Source: Chiloscyllium plagiosum
Taxonomy: Eukaryota
Assembly (NCBI RefSeq): GCF_004010195.1
Contig: NC_057718.1
Location: 70,033,789 to 70,072,556 of the forward strand
DNA length: 38,768 nucleotides
Direction of reading: 5' to 3'
The notes below the pieces were generated by a model that did no database searches, had not been told where the DNA came from, and saw nothing but the letters and a program-made list of their open reading frames with translations. Positions 35,901-38,768 of the stretch are shown in pieces. The translations under genes were made by a program, and so were the position numbers. Each line of letters starts with the position of its first letter. Position 1 is the stretch's first letter.

Positions 35901-38768
35901 NNNNNNNNNNNNNNNNNNNNNNNNNNNNNNNNNNNNNNNNNNNNNNNNNNNNNNNNNNNNNNNNNNTCCATCCATCACCGACCGTCCATCCATCCACCCA
36001 TCCAATGCCGACCGCCCATCCAATACCGACCATCCGTCCATCTACCCATCCAATACCGACCGCCCGTCCAACGCCGTCCGTCCGCCCAATGCCGACCGCC
36101 CGTCCAACGCCATCCATCCATCCAATACCGACCGCCCATCCAATACTGACCATCCATCCATCCAATGCCGACCGCCCATCCAATACCAACCATCCATCCA
36201 TCCGCCCATCCAATACCGACCGACCGTCCATCCATCACCGACCGTCCATCCATCACCGACCGTCCATCCATCCACCCATCCAATGCCGACCGCCCATCCA
36301 ATGCCGACCGTCCATATATCCAATGCCGACCGCCCATCCAATACCGACCATCCGTCCATCTACCCATCCAATACCGACCGACCGTCCATCCATCACCGAC
36401 CGTCCATCCATCACCGACCGTCCATCCATCCACCCATCCATTACCGACCGCCCGTCCATTACCGACCATCCATATATCCAATGCCGACCGCCCATCCAAT
36501 ACCGACCATCCGTCCATCTACCCATCCAATACCGACCGCCCGTCCAACGCCGTCCGTCCGCCCAATGCCGACCGCCCGTCCAACGCCATCCATCCATCCA
36601 ATACCGACCGCCCATCCAAAACCGACCGCCCATCCATCCATCCATCCAATACCGACCGCCCATCCAATACTGACCATCCATCCATCCAATGCCGACCGCC
36701 CATCCAACACCGACCGTCCATCCATCGCCGACCGACCGCCCGTCCAACGCCGTCCGTCCGCTTGGCCATTGCCGACCGCCGTTCCAACGCCGTCCGTCCG
36801 CCCGGCCAATGCCGACCGCCCATCCAATACCGACCATCCATCCATCCAATACCAACCGCCCATCCAATGCCGACCGACCGCCCAACGCCGTCCGTCCACC
36901 CGCCCAATGCCAACTGCCCGTCCAACACCGACCATCCACCCATCCAATACCGACCGCCCATCCATTCACCCATCCAATGCCGACCGCCCATCCAATACTG
37001 ACCGTCCGTCCATCCACCCATCCAATACCGACCGACCGCCCATCCAATGCCGTCCGGCCGCCCAATGCCGACCGCCTGTCCAACGCCGTCCATCCGCCCA
37101 CCCAATGCTGACCGCTCATCCAATACCATCCATCCAATACCGACCACTCATCCAATACCATCCATCCAATACCGACCGCCCATTCAATACCAACCATCCA
37201 TCCATCCGCCCATCCAATACCGACCGACCGTCCATCCATCACCGACCGTCCATCCATCACCGACCGTCCATTACCGACCATCCATCCATCCATCCATCCA
37301 ATACCGCCCATCCAATACTGACCATCCATCCATCACCGACCGCCCATCCAATACCGACCATCTATCCATCCACCCATCCAATGCCGACCGGCCATCCAAT
37401 GCCGACCGGCCATCCAATGCCGACCGGCCATCCATCCACCCATCCATTACCGACCGCCCGTCCATTACCGACCATCCATCCATCCATCCATCCAATGCCG
37501 ACCGTCCATATATCCAATGCCGACCGGCCATCCAATGCCGACCGGCCATCCAATGCCGACCGGCCATCCAATACCGACCGGCCATCCATCCACCCGACCA
37601 TCCATCCATCCATCCAATGCCGACCGCCCATCCAATACCCACCGCCCATCCATCTACCCATCCAATACCGACCGCCCGTCCAATGCCGTCCGTCCATCCA
37701 ATACCGACCACCCATTCATCCATCTAATGCCGACCGTCCATCCAATACCGACCATCCATCCATCCATCCAATATCGACCGTCCATCCATCCACCCATCCA
37801 ATGCCGACCGCCCATACAACACTGACCGTCCATCGATCGCCGACCGACCGCCCGGCCAACGCCGTCCGTCCGGCCAACGCCGACCGCCCGTCCAATGCCG
37901 TCCGTCCGGCCAACGCCGACCGCCCGTCCAATGCCGTCCGTCCGCCCCGCCAACGCCGACCGCCCGTCCAATGGCGTCCGTCCGCCCGTCCAATGCCGTC
38001 CGACCGCCCGTCCAATGCCGTCCGTCCGCCCGGCCAACGCCGACCGCACGTCCAATGCCGTCCGTCCGCCCGGCCAATGCCGACCACCGTTCCAACGCCG
38101 TCCGTCCGTCCCCCTGGCCAATGCAGACCGCCCATCCAATACCATCCATCCACCCATCCAATACCGAGGGCCCATCCAATACCATCCATCCACCCATCCA
38201 ATACCATCCACCCATCCAATACTGACCATCCATCCATCCAATGCCGACCGCCCATCCAATACCGACCACCCACCCATCCATCCACCCATCCAATACCGAC
38301 CACCCATCCATCCAATACCGACCACCCATCCATCCAATGCCGACCGCCCATCCAATACCGACCGTCCATCCATCCAATGCTGACCGTCCATACATCCAAT
38401 GCCAACCGTCCATCCAATACCGACCGTCCGTCCATCCACCCATCCAATACCAACCGCCCGTCCAACGCCGGCCGTCCGTCCGGCCAACGCCGACCGCCCG
38501 TCCAATACCGACCGCCCATCCAATGCCGACCGACCGTCCATCCGTCCAATGCCGACTTCCCATCCAATACCGACCGACCTCCCATCCACCCAGCCAATAC
38601 CGACCACCCAGCCAATACCGACCACCCATCCACCCATTCAATACCATCCATCCACCCAATACCATCCATCCACCCAATACCGATCACCCATTCACCCAAT
38701 ACCGATCACCCATCCATCACCGACCACCCCTCCCTCCATCACCGACCACCCATCCACCCATCACCGAC
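32926..38768. repeat. Complex C-rich satellite (core CCATCCAATRCCGACCGC with CCAT/CCGT/CCGA/CCGC tetramers), two gaps, runs off window
   Basis: Directly visible periodicity with extreme C/G strand skew. Confidence 0.97.

Noticed and set aside
32607..38699. Many long ORFs (up to 1079 aa) on both strands
   Set aside because: Translations of a stop-poor satellite plus N runs; open in nearly all frames, so not genes.

Overview
Eukaryotic, repeat-saturated, non-coding DNA with four N gaps. The repeat families (HE1-type V-SINEs, HER1/CR1 LINEs, Penelope-like elements) point to a cartilaginous fish, probably a shark (inference). No intact host gene, RNA gene or CRISPR array is visible. The window holds many decayed and nested CR1 fragments, tRNA-derived SINEs, a Harbinger transposase remnant, two decayed Gypsy elements, L1/Tx1-like 3' ends, several Penelope-like pieces with hammerhead-ribozyme motifs, and a ~5.8 kb C-rich complex satellite at the right end. 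The most striking structure is a Gypsy element (6828-15149) whose two LTRs are each swollen by head-to-tail arrays of A-tailed inserts, nearly all ending at the same TATAACCAGGAG site. Other notable items are fold-back Penelope-derived mini-elements with 13-bp target duplications and two twin-priming-type 5' inversions (one Penelope, one CR1). Family names come from motif recognition only; no database search was run.
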